Source: Octopus vulgaris
Taxonomy: Eukaryota
Reading direction: 5' to 3'
Assembly (NCBI GenBank): GCA_951406725.2
Contig: OX597826.1
Coordinates: 62,001-126,000 of the forward strand
Length of the DNA stretch: 64,000 bases
The notes below the pieces were generated by a model, which saw only the letters and a list, made by a program, of their open reading frames with translations, was not told the origin of the DNA and did not search any database. Shown here piece after piece: positions 27,690 through 40,170 of this stretch. How positions within the stretch are numbered: the first letter of the stretch is position 1; each line of letters begins with the position of its first letter. Made by a program: the position numbers and the translations under genes.

Positions 27690-29125
27690 TAGTGTAAAAC
27701 ATTGTATCAAGATCCGGAACAATATATCCGGCAAACTTAGGATTGGAAGCGTCCTGAAATTTTGGATTTGTCGGTTTTCGACGAAAAAAAAAATTGTATT
27801 TATCAGATATACTTTTAAACAGGTTCTAGCTGGTATTTATTTCAGGCGGCGAGCTGGCAGAAACGTTAGCACGCCGGGCGAAATGCGTAACCGTATTTCG
27901 TCTGCCGTTACGTTCTGAGTTCAAATTCCGCCGAGGTCGACTTTGCTTTTCATTCTTTCGGGGTCAATTAAATAAGTACCAGTTACGCACTGGAGTCGAT
28001 ATAATCGACTTAATACGTTTGTCTCTCCTTGTTTGTCCCCTCTGTGTTTAGCCCCTTGTGGGTAGTATAGAAATAGGTATTTCGTCTGTCTTTACGTTCT
28101 GAGTTCAAATTCCACCGAGGTCGATTTTGCCTTTCAGAGTCGATAAAATTAGTACCAGTTACACACTGGGGTCGATGTAATTGACTTAATCCCTTTCCCC
28201 AAATTTGTGACCTTGTGCTTCCAGTGGAAAGGATTTACCAGTCCACATAAAATTCTTAAAATGTATTATACTGTACCACGTATCAAGTATATAATGTTTA
28301 TAGCGTGAAAATTAACATTTTCCTTGGTATGCCATGCCCGAATAAGGAAGCTTTATCTGCATTATACACTCTTTCAGGAGAAGGAGTGTCCTGTACCAGA
28401 AACCAGTTTAGCAAATTCATTTAATTACCCTTCTGCAGCTTCGTAGAGTTTGTTTAATTCTGTTGAACCACCCAGGTGAATATTCGGGTGGAATTGTCAA
28501 TTTTAATTCGTCGTGAAAAAAATTAGTTTTGCCCATTGTACTGGAAAGAGTAAGTGAACATTTTTCATTCCGACGCTGTTTGGTCCACTCAAGAAATGTT
28601 CTGTCCACATCGACGCTACCTGGTCCACTCAAGCAACGATCTGTCCACCTCAGTTCCCTTCGACCTGTATAAAGTTTGTCCATTAATTTAGACATATGAG
28701 TCAATGTCACCGTAGAACTTATGTGTTCTTTCGGTTTATCGATATCATAAATAGCAGACATACAGACCCCATATTCCTCACCAAAAGCCACCCTGAGGCA
28801 TCTTTATCGAGTCCCTTGAGTAATTCTGCTCACGTAGTAACACTGAATGCTAAGTGTTCCCATTTCGCTTTTTGATTAGCAAAATGCATTTCTTCCGATC
28901 TTTTCGACATGGTTACGAATGAAGATTATAATAAATTCACATAAATAAACACGTATCTGTGAGAGGGTTACTTGTACACTAGCACAGTCATGCTGAAACT
29001 GGTACCGTGCGACGTGTACGTCACAAAAACCGAAAGAAAGCAGCTGCGCGGCAAACTACAATCAAACTGCAAAATTCAAAATTAGCCAATTAAAAAAAAA
29101 TAACCGCTGTTGAAGTCCGGTACTG
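27690..29125 (-). mobile_element. pogo/Tigger-like DNA transposon remnant (CENP-B-type HTH domains), internally deleted
   Basis: ORF 28417-28791: EEYGVCMSAIYDI...VDVDRTFLEWTKQRRNE...FFHDELKL...EYSPGWFNRIK. Boundaries are approximate. Confidence 0.7.
27845..28235 (+). mobile_element. tRNA-derived SINE family 1 (dimeric core) inserted in the pogo remnant
   Basis: Head ggcggcgagctggcagaaacgttagc with B-box-like gagttcaaattcc. The paralogous pogo copy at ~33640 shows the empty site ctggtatttaccagtcc. Confidence 0.85.
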
Positions 29126-29134
29126 CACTAATAA

Positions 29135-30209
29135 TCTTTTCTACTAAAGGCACAAGGCCTGAAATTCGCGGTGAAGGAGACTAATCGATTACAACGATCT
29201 CAGGATTTCATAGGTACCTGGTTTATCGACCTCGAAACGACGAAAGGCAAAATCGACTTCGGCGGAATTTGAACTTAGCGACAGGCGATATACTGCTAAG
29301 CATTTTGTCCTGAGTGCTAACGATTCTGCCTTGATACTGCATCAATAATAATTTCAAATTTAAGGCGGCGAGTTGGTAGAAACCTTAGCACGCCGGGCGA
29401 AATGCTTAGCCGTATTTCGTCTGCCGTTACGTTCAAAGGTACAAAATAAAGTGGTGAGCTGACCGAAACGATAGCACGCCGGGCGAAATGCTTCGCACGT
29501 CTGTCTTTATGTTCTGAGTTCAAATTCCGCCGAGATTGTCTTTGCCTTTCATCCTTTCGGGGTCGATAAATTAAGTACCAGTTATGCACTGGGGTCGATA
29601 CAATCGACTTAATCCCTTTGTCTGTCCTTGTTAATCCCCTCTATGTTTAGCCCCTTGTGGGTAGTAATGAAATAGGTATTTCGTCTGTCTTTACGTTCTG
29701 AGTTCAAATTCCGCAGAGGTCGACTTTGCCTTTCATCCTTTCGGAGTCGATGAATTAAGTGCCACTTGTGTATTGGGATCGATCTAAATGACTGGCCTTT
29801 CGAAGTGGGAAAATGTTATTGCTAACAATGGCGATAATATTTTGAATGAATACATATATTTACGATATGTTTTATGCTGATTTGAGCTTATTACATGAAA
29901 TGCCACATTGCTTTTCGGTCCACTACCCCCAATACACACACACACAAACACAGGCATATATATATATGTATATATATATTTTTTCTTTATTGCCAACAAG
30001 GGGCTAAACATAAAGGGGACAAACAAGAACAGACAAACGGATTAAGTCGATTACATCGACCCCAGTGCGAAGCTGGTACTTAATTTATTGACCCCGAAAG
30101 GATGAAAGGCCAAGTCGACCTCGGCGGAATTCGAACTCAGAACGTAACAACAGACGAAATACCGCTAAGCATTTCGCCCGGCGTGCTAACAATTCTGCCA
30201 GCTCGCCGC

Positions 30210-30210
<1 letters not shown>
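29135..30210. mobile_element. Cluster of three SINE family 1 copies (minus, plus, minus)
   Basis: Same head and core as 27845-28235 at ~29135-29350 (-), ~29362-29800 (+) and ~29985-30210 (-). Confidence 0.8.
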
Positions 30211-30257
<47 letters not shown>

Positions 30258-30262
<5 letters not shown>

Positions 30263-32021
30263 GAGACAAAACCACTATTAGGCAAATCATACAATGAAAA
30301 ACTTAAGCCAATACATAAGATTATTTCATTTATATTATTTAAATATATAACAAAATTATTAAAAAAATATAATTAATACATCACTACGATCGTTTCATTA
30401 AGTTCCACTTGTGTATATTTTTATGTATACGTATGTATTGTTATACTACAATTTTTGATAAGTATTTATAGATTTGTTATGATCACTAATTTTAGCTTAT
30501 AATTATAAGGGCATGGGAAAGAATTTATAGTATGTAGTGGGGTTACTATATAAATTAATTTTTATGTATTTATTAATCTTATAAGATTTTTAGAATATAT
30601 TTAATAATTAGTGGTTTTTAATCATTTAAATCATTTAATTTATTTTGTATTAAGTTTCATTTATCATAGTTATTTTATTAATAAATATTATTGTATAGAG
30701 AGATTTTATTCTTTATTTGTGAATTCATTCTTTTTACAATGATAAACATATAATTTTCCATTCATAATCTTTAATAAACGTAGGTTCATCACGCGTAATG
30801 AATTCTTCAACAATTTATTCTTTTTTTTGCTAATAACGTAATTCCATGAGTATTCTTATAAACGCTGTATAAGACGTTTTTTTATTCAAATTTTAGTTCA
30901 TTGTTTAAACCTCGCCAAGATAAGTATGTATTTTTTTAAGATCTTCAAATTGTAAATTTTAATATTGTATAAGCCTTTGGAGTAATAATATTCTCCTTAT
31001 GTAAATATCGTTGTTTATGTAATGATCTAATTATCGTAATTTTCTATGTTATTAGATATTAAATTGAAGTTTATTCGTAAGATACTTTTTAGTGATAGAT
31101 TTATTATTTGATAGCAAGCATACTAGGTGTATTAAGTTAGGCTTTGTATATACATGTTTTAATAGTATTAATTGTAGTTTTAAATTTATAATTAAATTAG
31201 ATAAACTTTGATAAAATTAGATATGTTTCGACTAAAGATTGGTCTAGGCTATGTCTAATTTAATAGCATAACTCCCATTCATAATTATATTTATAGTACT
31301 TACAGTATTTATTCGATACTATATTACTAAGAATTGATTATTTCTAAAAGTATTTTACATAAGATTTCTGAAAGTCCGTTTAAGTTAGTTTATTTGTATT
31401 TTGAAATTAGCTATTTCATCTTTAAATATGAAAAATTAAATTTATTAGGTTTTCATTATATACAATTATTTATAGAGATTATTTTAGATCTTGATTATAA
31501 TATTTATATATATTTTCATTGATAATTTACATATACTAGTCATTTTAAATATTTATGTAATTAGATATAGACTAATATTGATATTAGATTATGGGTTTCC
31601 TACCTTATAAATTAAAGTTAATATTTAACATTATAGTCGATTTCGATATAATCATATTTGATAATAGAGTTTATTATAAGTAAAATTATTATATTATATT
31701 ATATATATTATTTATATCTTAAAAATATTGATTATATTTTAGATATTTAAACCACCTAATGAATGACTGTGACTTGAAACTTTAAAGAAATTAACAGCCA
31801 TGAAACGATCGTAGTGATATATTAATTATATTTTTTTAATAATTTTGTTATATATTTAAATAATATAAATGAAATAATCTTATGTATTGGCTTAAGTTTT
31901 TCATTGTATGATTTGCCTAATAGTGATTTTGTCTCTAATTTAATGTAATATTTTACTATAAAATTGGATTCAATCCTAAATCTGATTTTTCCCTGTAAGT
32001 TTGGATTTATTCCCTAATATC

Positions 32022-32025
<4 letters not shown>
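30258..32025 (+). mobile_element. Non-autonomous Penelope-like fold-back element: ~140-bp inverted termini, AT-rich interior, 3' tail; inserted in (TA)n
   Basis: 30258-30398 is the reverse complement of 31800-31940. The tail at 31941-32025 is shared with the 34900-36705 element. Decayed HHR at 31751-31818. Confidence 0.75.
31751..31818 (+). ncRNA. Decayed type I hammerhead
   Basis: accac-CTAATGA-atgactgt...acagccat-GAAA-cgatcg-TA-gtgat. The core has G5A; stem III is palindromic. Confidence 0.6.
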
Positions 32026-32077
<52 letters not shown>

Positions 32078-32496
32078 AACAAAGCGTGATGCCTAAACCA
32101 ATCAGCTCAACCAACCAATCAGCTTAAGTAATTGAGTGATACTACACACTGATTGGTCAGAATACAGTTTGCAAAACCTAGCACTCTGGAGCCTACCCAG
32201 CTGTATTTATAGCACAGAATCACTCATCTTGCTACAGTCAAAAATTGTGAAGCATGACTGTCAACACTACTACATGAACCCGAAGATTGCAGAATTCAAT
32301 GCATGAAAGTACTAGTTCAATCAGAATGAATATTTAACATTCTACTATTTCATTTTATTTTATTCAATTATAATATATTATCTTATAATATATCATTATA
32401 AGATTGTAAATAAAACGTGAAAATCAGACAAGGTTGGAATTCTTTTTATTAATATATTCTTCTATACACAATCACACACACCCATATATATATATA

Positions 32497-32555
<59 letters not shown>

Positions 32556-32561
<6 letters not shown>

Positions 32562-33351
32562 TATTAGAGAATTATCCACTATGTGGGTAACTCTAGTGCT
32601 AAAAATAGCTCCGAAGCAACCACAGAAGATCTGTTTCCAACTAGAATCAACATACATTTAACGGAAGGAAAGTGAAATACAACGAATAAAATAGATTGAC
32701 TCTATACAATTGTTTCATTACTAATGTAATATGTAGTTTTACTTACACTTACATCTATAAATCTTCGGTAGAGTTTGTCAGAAATGCAATTAATTAGATC
32801 GATTCGAGCGTCAAAAACACGAGCGGTCCAACCAATTACATTTTTAGTTATGTCTCAAGTTCCGCGCCAAAAGCATGCCTAGACTCCATTGGAAACGTAT
32901 GCCGCATCAAATAAAATATTAAAAGTCTAGGCATGCTTTTGGCGCGGAACTTGAGACATAACTAAAAATGTAATTGGTTGAACCGCTCGTGTTTTTGACG
33001 CTCGAATCGATCTAATTAATTGCATTTCTGACAAACTCTACCGAAGACTTATAGATGTAAGTGTAAGTAAAACTACATATTACATTAGTAATGAAACAAT
33101 TGTATAGAGTCAATCTATTTTATTCGTTGTATTTCACTTTCCTTCCGTTAAATGTATGTTGATTCTAGTTGGAAACGAGATCTTCTGTGGTTGCTTCGGA
33201 GCTATTTTTAGCACTAGAGTTATCCACATAGTGGATAACTCTCTAATAATTTATGTATAAATTTGTATTTTCTCCGTAGTTTTTGTGCTAAGCCACTTGG
33301 TGTTAAATTAATGGTATTATTAAAGTAATATCGATTTTTCACCCTCATTTA

Positions 33352-33355
<4 letters not shown>
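32556..33355 (+). mobile_element. Hairpin element: ~330-bp inverted arms, 38-nt loop, ~100-nt unpaired 3' tail, HHR in each arm; inserted in (TA)n
   Basis: 32556-32885 is the reverse complement of 32924-33254, with about 5 differences seen. Confidence 0.9.
33035..33110 (+). ncRNA. Type I hammerhead with U4C core variant and long stem II (antisense copies at 32699-32774 and 39252-39327)
   Basis: ACTCTA-CCGAAGA-(45 nt)-GAAA-caattg-TA-TAGAGT. Confidence 0.75.
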
Positions 33356-33391
<36 letters not shown>

Positions 33392-33484
33392 TGTATGCAT
33401 TAATGTACATATGTATGTATATACGTATGTATATATATATATATATTATATGTATGCGTATCTATAATATCTATTTGTCTAGCT

Positions 33485-33789
33485 GAGCAGTTGCAGTCTA
33501 AAAATTGTATCACGATCCGGAACAACACACCCAACAAACTTAGAATTGGAAGCGTCCTGAATATTTTGCATTTTCCGGTTTTCGATGAAAACGAAAGAGT
33601 TGTGTTTATCAGATACACTTTTAAAGCAGGTTCTAACTGGTATTTACCAGTCCACTTAAAATTTTAAAAATATATTATAGTATACCACGTATCGAGTATA
33701 TAATGTTTATAGCGTGAAAATTAATATTTTCTTTGGTATTCAATGCCAGAATAAGGAAACCTTATCTGCATTATACACGCATTCAATAG

Positions 33790-33848
<59 letters not shown>

Positions 33849-34150
33849 AAGAGAGAGGGAGAGGGAGAGGGAGAGAGAGAGAGTCTCTTATCAGAAACCA
33901 GTTTGGCAAATTCATCTAATTACCTTTCTGCAGCTTCGCAGACTTTGTTTAAATCTGTTGAACCACCCGGGTGAATATTCGGGTGGAATATTCGGGTCAA
34001 TTTTAATTCGTTTTGAAAAAGTTTAGTTTTGCTCATTGTATTGGAAAGATTAAATGGAAACTTTTCACTCCGATGCTGTCTGGTCCACTCAAGCAACTCC
34101 CTGTCCACATCGACGTCGCCTGGTTCACTCAAGCAACGCTCTGTCCACCT
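33485..34150 (-). mobile_element. Second copy of the pogo/Tigger-like remnant (mirror copy at ~38180-38880 on +)
   Basis: Colinear with 27680-28650; DVDVDRELLEWTRQHRSEK. Confidence 0.75.
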
Positions 34151-34773
34151 GGACGCTTCCTTTAAAATATGTGGTCTTATGCTTATCTGCGACTCATTTT
34201 TATTTTCAGTAATGTTTTATTGTTCCTGTTTACTTCCTCACCCTGAGTTGAACAGCGGAAGGTCAACAGAGAAGCGCCTCTCCGCCCTGCAAGCGGTTCA
34301 CGATTGCTTTGGACGGGGTTCTATAAAGTGTCAAAACGGCAGTGTGTGTGTGTGCCGCATAGGGCAGCCCTTGTGCTTGTGGTCCACTTGCTCTGGATCC
34401 CTAATCCTATACATGCTTATACAGCAGACTTAAAAGACAGCCCCAACCAACCTCACCATAAAGGTGTCGACCGAGATGAATCATTGACCTCGCCCCTCGT
34501 CGACCTCGTCGCTATCACCTCCTGTCGCCGCTCCTCATAGCACCTCACCACCCTTGCCACCCTGGCCTCCTCTCCCATTAAACCCCCTTGCCACTCACCG
34601 AACCAACATTTTAGATATATATTAATTACGTAATGGCTTTGTTAAATTGTAAATCCAGGTTATTGCTAACCGAACTGGAGAGATCAATGCTTCACATTAA
34701 GTTCGCGATAAGATTTAAGCAGCATGTTTAAGCATGTTTAACTAACGCGCTTAAAATATTCTTATAGACACCT

Positions 34774-34806
<33 letters not shown>

Positions 34807-34841
34807 ATACATACACAGACACAGGTAGATAGACAGATGTA

Positions 34842-34904
<63 letters not shown>

Positions 34905-34988
34905 ATTCGAGACAAAACCACTATTTTAAAACCAAACAAGGAAAGACTTAATCAATACATAAAATTTTAATATAAATTAAATAAACCG

Positions 34989-35031
34989 CCACTACAAATG
35001 TTTCATGTCTGCTCCGACAATCTTCAGGTGG
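34989..35031 (-). ncRNA. Minimal type I hammerhead ribozyme, antisense copy
   Basis: Reverse complement of 36490-36532. Confidence 0.85.
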
Positions 35032-36489
35032 ATTTTCGATCTAAAAATAGCAATATTTTAAAATATAATTTAAAATAATTTAAAATAATAAAGAATTTGT
35101 AGAAAGTTTTGTATATCCATTCATAATTTTTTAATTTACGTTTATTTACTACGCGCTAAGAATTTTATATTCCATTCATAATTTTAAAGACGCTGTTTTA
35201 TAAATAATAATTTTTATATGTTGATTAACTTATGGTTATTCACTTCAAAATTTGATACTGATTAGAAGGTATGTATTATATATCGTATTATGTGTAGAGA
35301 TGTTGTTTTCTTTTGTATGTTTATGTATGTGTGAATTTGTGTGCGTGTGCGTATTTGATTGTATCGAGTTTTGTACGTATTATTTGTATGTGTGAGTGTG
35401 TATATGGTTATGTTTGTGGGTGTGTGTATATATGTGTGTGTATTTATGTGTATTGTGTAATGGGTTGTATCTTTATATTTATACTTGTATGTATGGATTT
35501 TATTTATCATGATTATTTTACTAAGAATTTTTTGTATGTAGGTATGGGTGTGTATGTATGTGTGAGAGTGTACAAGTGTAAGTGTAGATGTGGGAGTGTA
35601 TGAGTGCTATGTAATTGGGTGTGATTATTTATGCACTTGTATATATGTAAGTTTTGAATGTGCGTGTGATTGCACCCGTCTGCGTGTACACACTCTTTTA
35701 TATATATATATTAATATATATGAGTTTTCGTTTTTCATGGTCGTTTTATTAAAGTTTGTTTGTATCGGGACTTGTACGTATGTATATGTATGTGTGAGTG
35801 TGTATATGGTTATGTTTGTGGGTGTGTGTATATATGTGTGTGTATTTGTGTGTATTGTGTTAGGGTTTGTATAGTTATATTTATACTTGAATGTATGGAT
35901 TTCATTTCCATTCATAATTTTTTAAAAAATGTTTGATATCCACGTGCTAAGAATTGTTCGGTTTTCTTTTGAGTGTTTATGTATGTGTGAAAATGTGTGT
36001 GTGTGTGTGTGTGATTGTTTGCGTAATTTATTTATCTGTATGGGTGTGGGTGTTTATATATTGGTATATATCGTGTTCTGTATGTATGTGTATGTATATG
36101 TATGTGTGAGCGGGTATATGTATATTGTTTATGAATTGAGTGTTGTATGTGTGTGTGAGGAAGTATGAATAAGTAATGTGTTGAGTGTATGAGCATGTAT
36201 GTGTATATATATTTTGTTTTTTGTTTTTAGGTTTTGGCTTTTGTTTTTTGCTTGTTGTTTTTTGGTTTTTGTACATTTTTAAATATGAGAACTTTTATAA
36301 TAGGTTTTTATATTCAATTGTTTATAGGGTTTATTTTAGATTATTTTAGATTATATATTGATTATATATAGATTATATATAGATTATATTTTTATTTTTT
36401 TACATTCTTTCATTGATAATTTTATTGTTTTATTATTTTAAATTATTTTAAATTATATTTTAAAATATTGCTATTTTTAGATCGAAAAT

Positions 36490-36532
36490 CCACCTGAAGA
36501 TTGTCGGAGCAGACATGAAACATTTGTAGTGG
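36490..36532 (+). ncRNA. Minimal type I hammerhead ribozyme with canonical core
   Basis: CCAC-CTGAAGA-t-tgtc(ggagca)gaca-t-GAAA-catttg-TA-GTGG. Confidence 0.85.
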
Positions 36533-36697
36533 CGGTTTATTTAATTTATATTAAAATTTTATGTATTGATTAAGTCTTTCCTTGTTTGGTTTTAAAATAG
36601 TGGTTTTGTCTCGAATTATATTATATAATATTTTACTATAAAATTGGATTTAACCCTAAATCTGATTTTTCCCTGTAATATTGGATTCATTCCCTAA

Positions 36698-36777
<80 letters not shown>

Positions 36778-36811
36778 ATGTTCATATATTAATACACAGT
36801 CGCATTCGTTC

Positions 36812-36848
<37 letters not shown>

Positions 36849-36861
36849 TACACACACACAT

Positions 36862-36892
<31 letters not shown>

Positions 36893-36917
36893 TACACACA
36901 CACATATACATACATAC

Positions 36918-37165
36918 TCTCGTGAGAGAGTTTGATTTGTTTTCAATTTCTTGTAGCGTCCGTATTAAGATAGACTTCTCTTTATCCTTCTGTTGCCTAT
37001 TCAGCCGCCTTGAGATCTTTGACCTGCGTCTCATGAAGGTTTTTATGTCCCTGGGAATCTTGTTTGTCAGTGTGCTGGCCTTTTTTTCTGGGATATATTT
37101 AGTGCATATAGCTTGCGCTGTTGACATAAACTGGCTGAGTTTCAAATAAATGCCTTGGATACAAA
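36918..37165 (-). mobile_element. LINE ORF2 linker fragment (CR1/L2/Jockey-like) in the palindrome spacer
   Basis: KLSQFMSTAQAICTKYIPEKK...KIPRDIKTFMRRRSKI...LQEIENK. Confidence 0.55.
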
Positions 37166-37318
37166 GAATGTTGGAATATATATGTATGTGTGTTGGGATT
37201 GCGTGTGTGTGTATGTGTGTACATATATGTATGTTTGCATCTGTCTATCTATCTATTTATCATCTATCTATTTGTGTCTGTGTATGTATGTATATGTGTG
37301 TGTGTATGTGTGTGTGTG

Positions 37319-37366
<48 letters not shown>

Positions 37367-37402
37367 CATATATGAACGAATGCGACTGTGTATTAATATA
37401 TG

Positions 37403-37459
<57 letters not shown>

Positions 37460-37495
37460 TTACATCTGTCTATCTACCTGTGTCTGTGTATGTAT

Positions 37496-37554
<59 letters not shown>

Positions 37555-38474
37555 AGGTGTCTATAAGAATATTTTAAGCGCGTTAGTTAAACATGCTTAA
37601 ACATGCTGCTTAAATCTTATCGCGAACTTAATGTGAAGCATTGATCTCTCCAGTTCGGTTAGCAATAACCTGGATTTACAATTTAACAAAGCCATTACGT
37701 AATTAATATATATCTAAAATGTTGGTTCGGTGAGTGGCAAGGGGGTTTAATGGGAGAGGAGGCCAGGGTGGCAAGGGTGGTGAGGTGCTATGAGGAGCGG
37801 CGACAGGAGGTGATAGCGACGAGGTCGACGAGGGGCGAGGTCAATGATTCATCTCGGTCGACACCTTTATGGTGAGGTTGGTTGGGGCTGTCTTTTTAAG
37901 TCTGCTGTATAAGCATGTATAGGATTAGGGATCCAGAGCAAGTGGACCACAAGCACAAGGGCTGCCCTATGCGGCACACACACACACTGCCGTTTTGACA
38001 CTTTATAGAACCCCGTCCAAAGCAATCGTGAACCGCTTGCAGGGCGGAGAGGCGCTTCTCTGTTGACCTTCCGCTGTTCAACTCAGGGTGAGGAAGTAAA
38101 CAGGAACAATAAAACATTACTGAAAATAAAAATGAGTCGCAGATAAGCATAAGACCACATATTTTAAAGGAAGCGTCCAGGTGGACAGAGCGTTGCTTGA
38201 GTGAACCAGGCGACGTCGATGTGGACAGGGAGTTGCTTGAGTGGACCAGACAGCATCGGAGTGAAAAGTTTCCATTTAATCTTTCCAATACAATGAGCAA
38301 AACTAAACTTTTTCAAAACGAATTAAAATTGACCCGAATATTCCACCCGAATATTCACCCGGGTGGTTCAACAGATTTAAACAAAGTCTGCGAAGAAAGG
38401 TAATTAGATGAATTTGCCAAACTGGTTTCTGATAAGAGACTCTCTCTCTCTCCCTCTCCCTCTCCCTCTCTCTT

Positions 38475-38575
<101 letters not shown>

Positions 38576-38973
38576 CTATTGAATGCGTGTATAATGCAGA
38601 TAAGGTTTCCTTATTCTGGCATTGAATACCAAAGAAAATATTAATTTTCACGCTATAAACATTATATACTCGATACGTGGTATACTATAATATATTTTTA
38701 AAATTTTAAGTGGACTGGTAAATACCAGTTAGAACCTGCTTTAAAAGTGTATCTGATAAACACAACTCTTTCGTTTTCATCGAAAACCGGAAAATGCAAA
38801 ATATTCAGGACGCTTCCAATTCTAAGTTTGTTGGGTGTGTTGTTCCGGATCGTGATACAATTTTTAGACTGCAACTGCTCAGCTAGACAAATAGATATTA
38901 TAGATACGCATACATATAATATATATATATATATACATACGTATATACATACATATGTACATTAATGCATACA

Positions 38974-39011
<38 letters not shown>

Positions 39012-39502
39012 TAAATGAGGGTGAAAAATCGATATTACTTTAATAATACCATTAATTTAACACCAAGTGGCTTAGCACAAAAACTACGGAGAAAATACAA
39101 ATTTATACATAAATTATTAGAGAGTTATCCACTATGTGGATAACTCTAGTGCTAAAAATAGCTCCGAAGCAACCACAGAAGATCTGTTTCCAACTAGAAT
39201 CAACATACATTTAACGGAAGGAAAGTGAAATACAACGAATAAAATAGATTGACTCTATACAATTGTTTCATTACTAATGTAATATGTAGTTTTACTTACA
39301 CTTACATCTATAAGTCTTCGGTAGAGTTTGTCAGAAATGCAATTAATTAGATCGATTCGAGCGTCAAAAACACGAGCGGTCCAACCAATTACATTTTTAG
39401 TTATGTCTCAAGTTCCGCGCCAAAAGCATGCCTAGACTTTTAATATTTTATTTGATGCGGCATACGTTTCCAATGGAGTCTAGGCATGCTTTTGGCGCGG
39501 AA

Positions 39503-39775
39503 GAGAATAGCTGGGAAGCCATCAGGACTTCTAAGAGAACAGCTGGGAAGCCATCAGGACCGGTGGCGGAACATGAGCTCATTTCATCTATGGCCGCTGT
39601 TACATGTTTCCTAAATGTTGATGTAATTGATGGCTGGCGCTTCCGGATTTTTTTATCTCAATGTGCCCAAGTGGGGAAGTGAAGAAACTTTTAAATTGTT
39701 CGCTCAGTATTTCACTTACCCTTCCTGTGTCAGTTCTCAGTGCGTCATTTCCTTGGAACAATGGTCCTATTTTAT
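39503..39775 (-). mobile_element. LINE ORF2 pre-RT fragment (CR1/L2/Jockey-like)
   Basis: KIGPLFQG...VSEILSEQFKSFFT...AAIDEMSSCSATGPDGFPAVLL. A 26-bp direct duplication lies at 39503-39560. Confidence 0.65.
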
Positions 39776-40170
39776 TAAGCAAAAACACCTAAGCTCCACG
39801 AGGCGCCGGCGGGGGTGGGGGTGAACCCCGCTGTACTCTTTCCCAACAACTTTCTCTCACTCTTTCTTCCTACTTCTGCCACAAAGCAGAGGAACCATGG
39901 TGTAACCCACTATGGTGTGGTAAACTTTCAGACCCATGTCTAGATTGCGAATCCTCTGTACTCCAGGATGGTTCGGCTCTCCACCCGTTAAAAGCCACCG
40001 TTTACGGAATGAGGATAACAACGTAGCTTTCGCGCCCGTGCAACCGCTAGTCTATAGCGTTTGGTGGGTGGATCCTCAAGTTGCCACACGCATTCTTAGT
40101 AGCTTAGTGTTGGCTCGAATTAGAGATTATTGTTTGTGGCTACTGGCGTGAGTCCTGATTGGAAGAAAAA
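39770..40170 (+). mobile_element. 5'-truncated SINE family 3, tail type B
   Basis: Colinear with 57300-57700. Confidence 0.75.

Larger units (their letters stand above)
34900..36705 (+). mobile_element. Non-autonomous Penelope-like fold-back element: ~190-bp inverted termini each with an intact HHR core, TG-rich interior, 3' tail; inserted in (TA)n
   Basis: 34900-35090 is the reverse complement of 36430-36620; tail at 36621-36705. Absent from the mirror arm, where only (TA)n is present at ~37406-37452. Confidence 0.88.

Noticed and set aside
30400-31750. AT-rich interior as organellar insertion or intact gene
   Set aside because: No long ORF and no rRNA or tRNA motifs; at most a heavily eroded PLE coding remnant.
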